Of a stretch of 32,000 bases of DNA, positions 8,665 through 18,112 are shown piece after piece. The stretch comes from Candidatus Saccharimonadota bacterium (lineage in GTDB: Bacteria > Bacteroidota > Bacteroidia > Flavobacteriales > Blattabacteriaceae). Position 1 is the stretch's first letter. Each line of letters opens with the position of its first letter. Below the pieces are notes generated by a model that saw only the letters and a list, made by a program, of their open reading frames with translations, was not told where the DNA came from and searched no databases. Location of the stretch: positions 127,429 through 159,428 of the forward strand of contig CP099822.1 of assembly GCA_029851105.1 (NCBI GenBank), given 5' to 3'. Made by a program: the position numbers and the translations under genes.

Positions 8665-11600
8665 ATATATGTTTTTTTTTTTGATACAGAAACTACAGGA
8701 TTACCTAAAAATAATAAATTTATTTATAAAGATATTATAAATTGGCCACGTTTAATACAAATATCTTGGCAATTGTATGATAATAATGGTAAATTAATAA
8801 AATTAAATAATTATTTTATAAAACCTGATAATTTTAAAATTAATAAAAAATCATTTTTAATACATGGTATTAATAAAAAATTACTAAAAAAAAGAGGTAA
8901 AAATATTAAATATGTATTAAATAAATTTTATAAATATTTAAAATTATCTACCTATATAATAGGACATAATATTGATTTTGATATTAATATAATTAATGGA
9001 GAATTTTTTAGATTAAAAAAAAATATAAATAAAATTTTTTTAAAAAAAAAAAAAATAGATACTCAAAAAGCATTATTAAATAATAATAAATTTAATATTA
9101 CAAAATGGTTAAATTTAAAACAAACTTTTTATTTTTTATATAAAAAAAATGTTGAAAAAGAATTATTTCATAATTCTTTTTATGATGTATATATAATAGT
9201 TTTATGTTTTATTAAATTATTATATTATAAAATAATAAATATAAAATATAAAGTTAATATATTTTTTTTTTTAAAAAATGTACCTTCATTAAAAGATAAA
9301 AAATTAGAAAAAGATTTTTTTTTAAAAAAAAAAAAAAAAAATTATTATTTTAATATTCATAATAATACAAATTATACAACTATTAATAATAGTAATAAAA
9401 ATATTTCAATAATTAACATTGATAAATTAATAGATAAAGCTATAAAATATAAAATGTTAGCTATTGGTATAACTGATAATAATATGATGGCTTCATATTA
9501 TTTTTTAACTAAAATTTATAGTGTAAATAATAATTTTAAAAAAAATATAATTAAGGGAATATTAGGATATAATTTTTATTTAAAAGATAATAAAGATAAT
9601 TTTTTTTGTCATACTTTAATAGCTAAAAATAAAAAAGGTTATTATAATTTAATAAAAATATGTTCATATAGTTATATTAATAATAATAAAAATTTAGTTT
9701 TTATAGATAAAAAAAAAATAATAAAATATAAAGAAGGATTAATATTTTTGACTGGTAATTTAAATTCAGAAATTTCATATAATATTATTAATAATAATAT
9801 TAAAAAATCCATTGAAATATTATTATTTTGGAAAAAAATATTTAAGGATGATATTTATATTGAAATTTTTAGAGATGGGTTTAAAAAAGAAAAAATTGTT
9901 AATAAATATCTTTTAAGATTTTCTAAATTATTTAATATTCCATTTATTAATCAAAGTAATAATTTTTATTTATCTAAAAAAGAATATATTATACATGATA
10001 TATTTTTATGTATAAAAAATAAAGAAAAAAAAAGAACTCCTATAATAAGTGAATTTAATAATTATAAATTAATAAAAAAAGGTTATCGTTATGGATTACC
10101 TAATAATAATTTTTATTTTAAAAATTTTTTAGAAATTAAAAATAATTTTAATGATATTAAAAAAGGTTTTAAAAATCTTAAAAAGATATATAAAAAAATT
10201 GAAAATATTATTATTAAACCTAAAAATTTATTTCCTATTTTTAAATTATCTAATAAAAAAAAAAAAAAAATATTTAAAAATAAAAAATATGATGATAAAA
10301 AATTAAATAAAAATTATTTAAAATATTTAATATATAAAGGAGCAAAAAAAAAATATAAAAAATTAAATAATAAAATTAAAAAAAGAATAAAAAAAGAATT
10401 TAAAGTAATAATTAATAAAAATTTTGAAAATTATTTTTTAATAGTATATGATATTATTAATAATGCTAAAAAAAAAGGTATTTATATAGGCCCTGGTAGA
10501 GGATCAGTAGCTGGTTCTATAATTGCATATTGTATAGATATTACTAAAATAGATCCTTTAAAATATAATTTAATTTTTGAAAGATTTTTAAATGAAGAAA
10601 GATTTAAAATGCCAGATATAGATATTGATTTAGATAATAAAAATAAAAATAAATTAATAGATTATATTATAAAAAAATATACTTTATTAAAAGTTTGTAA
10701 TATAATAACATTTGGTAAAATAGGTACAAAATCTTCTATAAGAGATGTATCTAGAATATTTAATTTACCATTAGAAAAAGTTAATTTTTTATCTAAATTA
10801 ATAGTAAAAAAATTAAATTTAACTGAAATTTTACATGAAGATATAAATTTATTAAAAAAAAAAACTAGTTATAGAAATATTAATAATATTCTTAGAATAA
10901 GATCTATTTATAATAATAAAAAATATTTAGAAAGTAAAATTTTATTTTATGCTAAATATTTAGAAGGATTAATTAGAAATACAGGTATACATGCTTGTGG
11001 TATTATTATTTCAAATGAAAAAATTATTAATAATATTCCTGTAATGTTAAATAAAAATAAAAATTATTTTTTATCTCAATATGATACATATAGTATAGAA
11101 AAAATAGGATTATTAAAAATAGATTTATTAAGTTTAAAAACATTAAATGTAATAAAAAATACTATTAAAATAATAAAAAAAAATAAAAAAAAAATTAATT
11201 TTAGTTTAAAAGATAAAAAAACTTTTGATTTATTTAAAAAAGGTAATACTTTAGGTATTTTTCAATATGATTCAAAAGGTATGATTAAAACTTTAAAACT
11301 TTTAAAACCTAATAATTTAAATGATTTAATTGCTCTTAATGCATTATATAGACCTGGACCTATTAAATATATACCTAATTTTATAGCTAGAAAAAATGGT
11401 AAAGAAAAAGTAGTATATGATATACCTATAATGAAAAAATATTTAAAAGAAACATATGGTATTACTATTTATCAAGAACAAGTAATATTTATAGCTAGAA
11501 AATTATCAGGTATTAGTAAAAGTGAAGCTGATATTTTAAGAGAAGCTATAGGTAAAAAAAAAATATATGTATTAAATACTATTAAAAAAAAATTTTTTGA

Positions 11601-12891
11601 ACAATCAATTAAAAATGGATATAATATTAATAGTTTAAATAAAATTTGGTTAGATTGGGAAAATTTTGCTTCATATGCTTTTAATAAATCACATGCTACT
11701 TGTTATACATATATAGCTTTTCAAACAGCTTTTTTAAAAGCTAATTATACATTAGAATATATGACTACTTTATTAAGTAATAATTTAAATAATAAAAATA
11801 CATTAAAATCATTATTATTAGAAATTAATAAATTAAAAATAAATATTTTACCTCCTAATATTAATAAAAATAAAAGTCATTTTACTATAGAAAATAAAGG
11901 TATAAGATTTTGTATAAATGCTATAAAAGGTATAGGTAAAGCTTGTATTAATAATATAAATAAAAATAAAAATTATTTTTTATCTTTTTTAGATTTTATT
12001 TTAAAAATAAATTTAAGAATAATTAATAAAAGAGTTTTAGAAATATTAATATTTTCAGGTACTTTAGATGGGTTAGGTATAAAAAGATATTATTATATTA
12101 AAAATATAAATTCTATTATAAAAAAAATATTAAAATATAAAAATAAAAAAAAATATATATTAAATAATAATAATCTTAAAATTAAAGATTATTTTAAAGA
12201 AAAATTTAAATTAAAAATTAAAAGAAAAAAAAAATTTGATACTTTTAAAAAAATAGATTTATATATTAATTATATAAACAAAAGAAATGAAATATTGGGA
12301 TTTAATTTTAAATTAAAAAAACATATTTTATATTTTTATAAATTTGAAATTCAATTTTTTAAAACTAAAACATTAAAATTTATTTTTAGTTCAAAAATAA
12401 AAAGAAAAATATTATTTTTAATATGTTTAGTTAAAAATATTTTATATAAAAATAATTTATTTTATTGGATTATTTTAGAAGACCATAAATATAATATTAA
12501 AAAAATAAAAATTAAAAAAAAAAATATTTTAAAAAAAAAAATAAAAATAAATTCTATATTATTTATTAAATTATATATAAATTATTATAAAAAAATATAT
12601 ATTTTATTTTTTAAAAAAATTAGAAATATTTATAATAAATATGAAATAATAGTAATAAAAATGTATAAAAATATTTTATATAATTTATATAAAAAAATTA
12701 TTAAAAAAATAATTATTAAAATAAATAGTAAAAGAATATATACAGGGGAAAAAAAAATATATATTATATTATATAATAATAATATAGATAAAAAAAAAAT
12801 ATTAATAAAAAAAATAATTAATATAAATATTAATAGAGAAATGTTAACTTTTTTAAAAAAAATACCTAAAATAAAATTATTATTAATATAA
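8665..12891 (+). CDS. dnaE: DNA polymerase III alpha subunit with an N-terminal DnaQ-like DEDDh 3'-5' exonuclease domain; the start is uncertain
   Basis: The ORF track begins at TTG 8773, but the same frame is open from 8665 and encodes ExoI DTETTGL (8683-8703). ExoII is GHNIDFDINII and ExoIII is HNSFYD. Pol III alpha motifs follow: GPGRGSVAGSIIAYCIDIT, PDIDIDL, GIHACGIIIS, LLKIDLLSLKTL, GIFQYDS, ALYRPGP, YQEQV, FNKSHATCY. Confidence 0.9.
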   Translation: MYVFFFDTETTGLPKNNKFIYKDIINWPRLIQISWQLYDNNGKLIKLNNYFIKPDNFKINKKSFLIHGINKKLLKKRGKNIKYVLNKFYKYLKLSTYIIGHNIDFDINIINGEFFRLKKNINKIFLKKKKIDTQKALLNNNKFNITKWLNLKQTFYFLYKKNVEKELFHNSFYDVYIIVLCFIKLLYYKIINIKYKVNIFFFLKNVPSLKDKKLEKDFFLKKKKKNYYFNIHNNTNYTTINNSNKNISIINIDKLIDKAIKYKMLAIGITDNNMMASYYFLTKIYSVNNNFKKNIIKGILGYNFYLKDNKDNFFCHTLIAKNKKGYYNLIKICSYSYINNNKNLVFIDKKKIIKYKEGLIFLTGNLNSEISYNIINNNIKKSIEILLFWKKIFKDDIYIEIFRDGFKKEKIVNKYLLRFSKLFNIPFINQSNNFYLSKKEYIIHDIFLCIKNKEKKRTPIISEFNNYKLIKKGYRYGLPNNNFYFKNFLEIKNNFNDIKKGFKNLKKIYKKIENIIIKPKNLFPIFKLSNKKKKKIFKNKKYDDKKLNKNYLKYLIYKGAKKKYKKLNNKIKKRIKKEFKVIINKNFENYFLIVYDIINNAKKKGIYIGPGRGSVAGSIIAYCIDITKIDPLKYNLIFERFLNEERFKMPDIDIDLDNKNKNKLIDYIIKKYTLLKVCNIITFGKIGTKSSIRDVSRIFNLPLEKVNFLSKLIVKKLNLTEILHEDINLLKKKTSYRNINNILRIRSIYNNKKYLESKILFYAKYLEGLIRNTGIHACGIIISNEKIINNIPVMLNKNKNYFLSQYDTYSIEKIGLLKIDLLSLKTLNVIKNTIKIIKKNKKKINFSLKDKKTFDLFKKGNTLGIFQYDSKGMIKTLKLLKPNNLNDLIALNALYRPGPIKYIPNFIARKNGKEKVVYDIPIMKKYLKETYGITIYQEQVIFIARKLSGISKSEADILREAIGKKKIYVLNTIKKKFFEQSIKNGYNINSLNKIWLDWENFASYAFNKSHATCYTYIAFQTAFLKANYTLEYMTTLLSNNLNNKNTLKSLLLEINKLKINILPPNINKNKSHFTIENKGIRFCINAIKGIGKACINNINKNKNYFLSFLDFILKINLRIINKRVLEILIFSGTLDGLGIKRYYYIKNINSIIKKILKYKNKKKYILNNNNLKIKDYFKEKFKLKIKRKKKFDTFKKIDLYINYINKRNEILGFNFKLKKHILYFYKFEIQFFKTKTLKFIFSSKIKRKILFLICLVKNILYKNNLFYWIILEDHKYNIKKIKIKKKNILKKKIKINSILFIKLYINYYKKIYILFFKKIRNIYNKYEIIVIKMYKNILYNLYKKIIKKIIIKINSKRIYTGEKKIYIILYNNNIDKKKILIKKIINININREMLTFLKKIPKIKLLLI

Positions 12892-12904
12892 ATTAATAAT
12901 TTAA

Positions 12905-13840
12905 TTAAATTAAATTATATAAATTTTTTTTTAATTTTTTAAAAAATAAATTATCATTAATTTTTTTTATTATTTTTATTTTTTTATTATTATTTTTTTT
13001 TTTATAAAATATACCAAATGGAATAGGTAATTTTTTTTTAATTTTTTTAAAATTTGATAAAATATAAGCTTTATAAATATTATTTTCTTCATGTATCCAT
13101 AAATCATTAATAGAATAATTTTTTAAATTTACAATTTTAGGAATATTACCATCCAATATAATACCTTTTTTTTTTTTATTAAAAATTAATGGTTTTTTAT
13201 TTTTTAAAATTATATATTTATTAGTATTTTTTATATTTATTTTTTTTAAAAAATTTTTATTAAAAATAGGACAATTTTGATAAATTTCTATACAAGATGT
13301 ACCAATATGATTATTAGCTTTTTTTAAAATTTTTTTTAAATGATTTATATTATTATCTATACTTCTAGCTATAAAAGTACTACCTGCGCTTAAAATTAAA
13401 GATATAGTATTAAAATTTTTTTTTTTATTTTTATTAGTAAATGATTTTTGACCTTTTGTTAATCCATATACTTCATTATTAAATATTAATATATTTATTT
13501 TTATATCTCTTCTAATAGTATGTAATAAATTATTAATACCAATAGAAAAACTATCACCATCACCTGTTATTACCCAAACATTTAATTTAGGATTAGAAAT
13601 TTTAATTCCAGTAGCTATAGAAAAAGCTCTACCATGTATACTATGTATACCAAAAACATTTAAATAATATGGTAGTCTAGATGAACAACCAATACCTGAT
13701 ACTAATACTATTTTATTTTTTTTAATTTTTAAATTATTTAATACTTTACTTAATTGCATTATTATAGAATAATTTCCACATCCTATACACCATTTTATTT
13801 TTTTATAATTTATTATTATTTTTTTTTTATTTAAATTCAT
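12905..13840 (-). CDS. korB: 2-oxoglutarate:ferredoxin oxidoreductase, beta (TPP-binding) subunit
   Basis: 311-aa ORF with WCIGCGNYSI, GIGCSSRLPYY, the TPP motif GDGDSFSIG...NNEVYGLTKGQ, and CPIFN. Confidence 0.85.
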   Translation of the reverse strand: MNLNKKKIIINYKKIKWCIGCGNYSIIMQLSKVLNNLKIKKNKIVLVSGIGCSSRLPYYLNVFGIHSIHGRAFSIATGIKISNPKLNVWVITGDGDSFSIGINNLLHTIRRDIKINILIFNNEVYGLTKGQKSFTNKNKKKNFNTISLILSAGSTFIARSIDNNINHLKKILKKANNHIGTSCIEIYQNCPIFNKNFLKKINIKNTNKYIILKNKKPLIFNKKKKGIILDGNIPKIVNLKNYSINDLWIHEENNIYKAYILSNFKKIKKKLPIPFGIFYKKKNNNKKIKIIKKINDNLFFKKLKKNLYNLI

Positions 13841-13900
13841 TTTATTATTAATAATAATTATTAAATTAATAATAAAATTTTTATATTATAAAAATAAAAA

Positions 13901-16517
13901 ATGAATTTTTTAATTAAAAAAGTAATTAATTTTTATTTTAAAAAATATGATAAATATATTAAAAAAAAAGTAATATTTGTTTTACCTAATAAATATTATA
14001 AAAATTTAATTATTAATATTTATAAAAAATATAAAAAAAAAAAAAAAATACCTAATATTTTTATTACTCAAAAAAAATTTATAAAAAAAATAACTAATTT
14101 AAAAATTGTAAATAATTTTAAATTATTTAAAATTTTTTTTTCTATTATAAAAAATAATAAAAATATATATAACATTTCTTTATTTAAAATAATTAAATGG
14201 ATTTTTATTTTATTAAAAGATTTTAATTATATAGATAATGAATTAATAAATATTAAAAATTTTTTTAAATATAATATATCTTTAAATAAAATTTTAAAAT
14301 GGGATTTTTTGGGAATATATATATATATGTTATAAAAAATTTATAAAAAAAATTTTAAAAAAAAATATTGCTTATTTAGGATTAGCTAAAAAAATTTTTT
14401 TAAAAAAAATAGAAAAATATAAAAAAAAAAATAAAAAATTTTTTTTTATAGGTTATGATTTTTTTTATAATTCAGATATAGAAATAATAAATAAAATATA
14501 TTTATTAAAAATAGGATATTTTTTTTTTGATCTAGATAATTTTTTTTTATATGATAAATATAATGAAATTAAAATTTTTTTAAATAAAATTAAAATTTTT
14601 AAACAAAAAAAAATAAATTGGATATATAATAATTATAAAAAAAAAAAAAATATTTTTTTATATAAATGTTTAAATAATATTGAAAAATATAAAATTATTG
14701 GTAATATTTTAAAAAATAATTTTTTTAAAAAAAAAATTTTTAAAAAAAAAAGTATAGGTATTATTATACCTAATAATAATATTTATTCTAAATTAATATT
14801 TAATTCTTTTAAATTAAATTTTAATAAAATTAATATGTTTTTTACAATTAAAAATAAAAATTTTAAATTTAATGATTTTTTTTTATGTTTATTTAATTTA
14901 AATATAAAAAAAAAAAAATTTAAAAATAATTATTTTTTTAAAAAAAAATATATTTTAAATTTATTTAATAATAAAATTATATATTTTTTTTTTAAAAAAA
15001 AAAAAATAAATATAATAAAAAAAATTATTAATAATAATAAATATATATTTATATATAAACTTAATATAAAAAAAAATATTTTATATAAAATTATTATTAA
15101 TAATAATATTAATTTTTTTTTAAAAAAAATTAAAAAAATTTTTAATTTTTTAATTAAAAAATTTAAAAAAAAAAAAAAAATTGATTTTTTTTTTTTACTA
15201 AAATTAAAAAATTATATATTTTTTTTTTTTAAAAAAAAAAAAAAATTTAAAATAAATATAAAAATTTTTTATAAAATATATATATTTTTTTAAAAAAAAA
15301 AAAAAATTTTAATTAAAAATAATACTAATTCTAGATTAGAAATTTTAAATTTAAATAAAACTAATTTAAAAAATTATTATAATTTAATTTTTATTTTTAA
15401 TAAAAAAAAATATTTTAATAAAAATACTTATATTAATAATGATGTAAAAAAAAAATTTAATTTAAAAAATAAAAAAAAAATTATATACTTATATTATATA
15501 AATAAATTATTACAAAGATCAAAAAATATTTTTTTAATATATAAAAAAAAAAGTAAATGTTTATTAAATAATAAAATAATTTTAAATTTAAAAAATAAAA
15601 ATAATATTTTTTATATAAAAAATAAAAAAAAAAATTTTAATTATATAAATAATATAAAATTAAAAATATATAAAAAAAATATTTTAAATTTTAAAAAAAA
15701 AATAAATATTTTTAAAAAGTCTGGAGTTTCTTTTTCTTTTTTAAGAAGTTATATTTTTAATCCTATAAATTTTTATTTTAAATATATTTTAAATTTTAAT
15801 ATAGAAAAAAAAAATTTAAAAATAATAAATGGTATAATAATACATAAAGTATTATATTTACTATATAAAAAATATATTAATAAATATTTAAATATTAAAA
15901 TAATAAATAAAATTAAAAATAATATTAATAAAAAATTAAAAAAAATTTTTTTTATTTTTTATAAAAAAATAGATTTTAAAATTAATAAAAAATATTTATT
16001 TAAATATAATATATTAAAAAAATATATTAATAATTTTATTTCTTGCGATAAAAAATTATTATTAAAAGGTAATAATATTAAAATTATTTTTTTAGAAAAA
16101 AAATATAAAAAAAAAATAAAATATAAAAAAAAAAAAATAATAATAAAAGGTAAAATAGATAGAATAGATTTTTTTAATAAAAAATATAAAATAATAGATT
16201 ATAAAACAAGTATTAAAAATAATAATATTTTAAATTATAAAAATAATATAAATATTATATTTAAAAAAAAAAAATATATAAATATAATACAATTATTAAT
16301 ATATATTTTAATTTTTTTTAAAAAAAAAATGAAATATATATATACATGTTTATATTTACCTTATAAAAAAATAAATATAAAATATTTAAAAATAAATAAT
16401 AATAATAAAATAAATTATAAAATAATTAAAAAATTTAAAAAAAATTTATTTAAAAAAATATTAGAAATATTAAGTAATAATAATAAAAAAAAATTATTAG
16501 GTAATTTATATTTTTAA
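13901..16517 (+). pseudogene. AddB/RecB-like PD-(D/E)XK nuclease-family protein (~870 codons) with one frameshift (14298-14335) and one in-frame TAA (15291-15293)
   Basis: Three collinear open segments: 13901-14335, then 14298-15293 (next frame), then 15294-16517 (same frame as the second). All were verified codon by codon. The C-terminal segment carries SGVSFSFLRSYIFNPINFYFKYIL, GIIIHKVLYLLY and the nuclease motif GKIDRIDFFNKKYKIIDYKT. Confidence 0.7.
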
Positions 16518-17507
16518 TCCTATAATTTTTTTTATATTTAAAATTTTTTTTTTAACATTTTTTTTAATTATTTTATAATTTTTATATAAAAAATTATTAA
16601 TAATTTTTTTATTATTTAAATAAAAAATATATTTTTTTCTTTCTTTAGAATAAAAATTTAATATAAAATTATATAAATTTTTTTTTATATTATAAAATCC
16701 TATTTTTTTATTTTTTATTTTTTGTTTTAAATTAATAAATTCTTCTTTTTTAAATAAAGTAATTATTTTATATATTTTATATAAAATAGTTTTTTTAATT
16801 TCTTTATATGTTATTAATTTTAAAGGTTTATTAATTGTTTTTATATTCATTATTTGTTTTTCTAAAATATATTTATTATCTAAAATATTAATAATATTAT
16901 TTTTAGATTTACTCATTTTTTTACCATCTATACCAATAATAATTTTTTTTAAAAAAATTTTTTCTTTAGGTAAAGAAAAAATTTTTTTTTTAAATTTTAA
17001 ATTTAAAATATTAGCTATTTTTCTAGTTATTTCTATATGTTGTTTTTGATCCTTACCTATTATTACTTTATTTATATTAAATAATAATATATCAGAAGCC
17101 ATTAATATTGGATAATTAATTAATCCTAAATTTAAATTATTAATTTTTTTTTTTTTTAAAAAATGAAATAATTTTACTCTATTAATAGGATAAAAACAAC
17201 TTAAAATCCAAAATAATTCATTTATTTCTTTTATATCTGATTGTCTATAAAAAAAAATATTTTTATATTTTTTAATATTTAAAAATGATAACCATGTAGA
17301 AGCTATTTTATAAATATTTTTTTTAAAAATTAATTTATTGTTATAATTAATTATTGAATGTAAATCAGCTAAAAAAATAAAAAATTTTTTTTTTTTATTT
17401 ATATTATTTTTAATATATAATATAGTAGGTATAATAACACTATATATATTACCTATATGAGGATTACCAGTACTTTTAATACCTACCATATATTTATTAT
17501 TAATCAT
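16506..17507 (-). CDS. trpS: Tryptophanyl-tRNA synthetase
   Basis: 333-aa class I aaRS with the HIGH-type motif GNPHIGNIYS and KMSKS (GKKMSKSKNN). Size is typical of TrpRS. Confidence 0.88.
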   Translation of the reverse strand: MINNKYMVGIKSTGNPHIGNIYSVIIPTILYIKNNINKKKKFFIFLADLHSIINYNNKLIFKKNIYKIASTWLSFLNIKKYKNIFFYRQSDIKEINELFWILSCFYPINRVKLFHFLKKKKINNLNLGLINYPILMASDILLFNINKVIIGKDQKQHIEITRKIANILNLKFKKKIFSLPKEKIFLKKIIIGIDGKKMSKSKNNIINILDNKYILEKQIMNIKTINKPLKLITYKEIKKTILYKIYKIITLFKKEEFINLKQKIKNKKIGFYNIKKNLYNFILNFYSKERKKYIFYLNNKKIINNFLYKNYKIIKKNVKKKILNIKKIIGLKI

Positions 17508-17512
17508 TAATT

Positions 17513-17764
17513 TTATTTAGGTATTATACTAACATAAGTTTTCTTTTTTTTTTTATAATATTTAATAATACCATATATTTTTGAATGTATAGTAAAATCT
17601 TTACTAATATAAGTATTTAATCCAGAATAATATTTATTACCTCTTTGTTTAAGAATTATATTACCAGGTTTTACATACATACCACCAAATTTTTTAATTC
17701 CTAGTCTTTTACCTTTAGAATCTCTACCATTTTTAGTACTACCTACCCCTTTTTTATGTGCCAT
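17513..17764 (-). CDS. rpmA: 50S ribosomal protein L27
   Basis: MAHKKGVGSTKNGRDSKGKRLGIK..., the canonical L27 N-terminus. It lies directly downstream of rplU. Confidence 0.95.
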   Translation of the reverse strand: MAHKKGVGSTKNGRDSKGKRLGIKKFGGMYVKPGNIILKQRGNKYYSGLNTYISKDFTIHSKIYGIIKYYKKKKKTYVSIIPK

Positions 17765-18094
17765 TTATTTTTTTTTTATATTTATTATTTTTAATTTAGT
17801 TAATTTTTGTCTATATCCTATTTTTTTTTTATATCCTTTTCTTTTTTTTTTTTTAAAAATTATAATTTTTTTATTTTTAATATTTTTTATTATTTTAGCT
17901 TTTATTAAATAATTTTTAATTATTGGATTACCAATTATAATATTTTTATTATTATCTATTAATAATAAAATATTTTTTTTAAAAAAAATAGTTTTATTTT
18001 TTTTATTTTTTTTTATTTTTAATTTATTTAAATAAATAAATTTATTAGGATAAACTAAATATTGATGTTTACCAAATTTTATAATTGCTTTCAT
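17765..18094 (-). CDS. rplU: 50S ribosomal protein L21
   Basis: MKAIIKFGKHQYLV..., an L21-type N-terminus. It forms the conserved rplU-rpmA pair. Confidence 0.88.
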   Translation of the reverse strand: MKAIIKFGKHQYLVYPNKFIYLNKLKIKKNKKNKTIFFKKNILLLIDNNKNIIIGNPIIKNYLIKAKIIKNIKNKKIIIFKKKKRKGYKKKIGYRQKLTKLKIINIKKK

Positions 18095-18112
18095 TTTTTT
18101 TTAAAAAAAAAA

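Noticed and set aside
14835-16517. ORF-track entries 14835-15293 and 16329-16517 treated as independent small genes
   Set aside because: Both frames stay open far upstream of their first ATG (from 14298 and 15294 respectively). They are collinear pieces of one AddB-like nuclease gene. The listed starts are only the first canonical start codon in each fragment.
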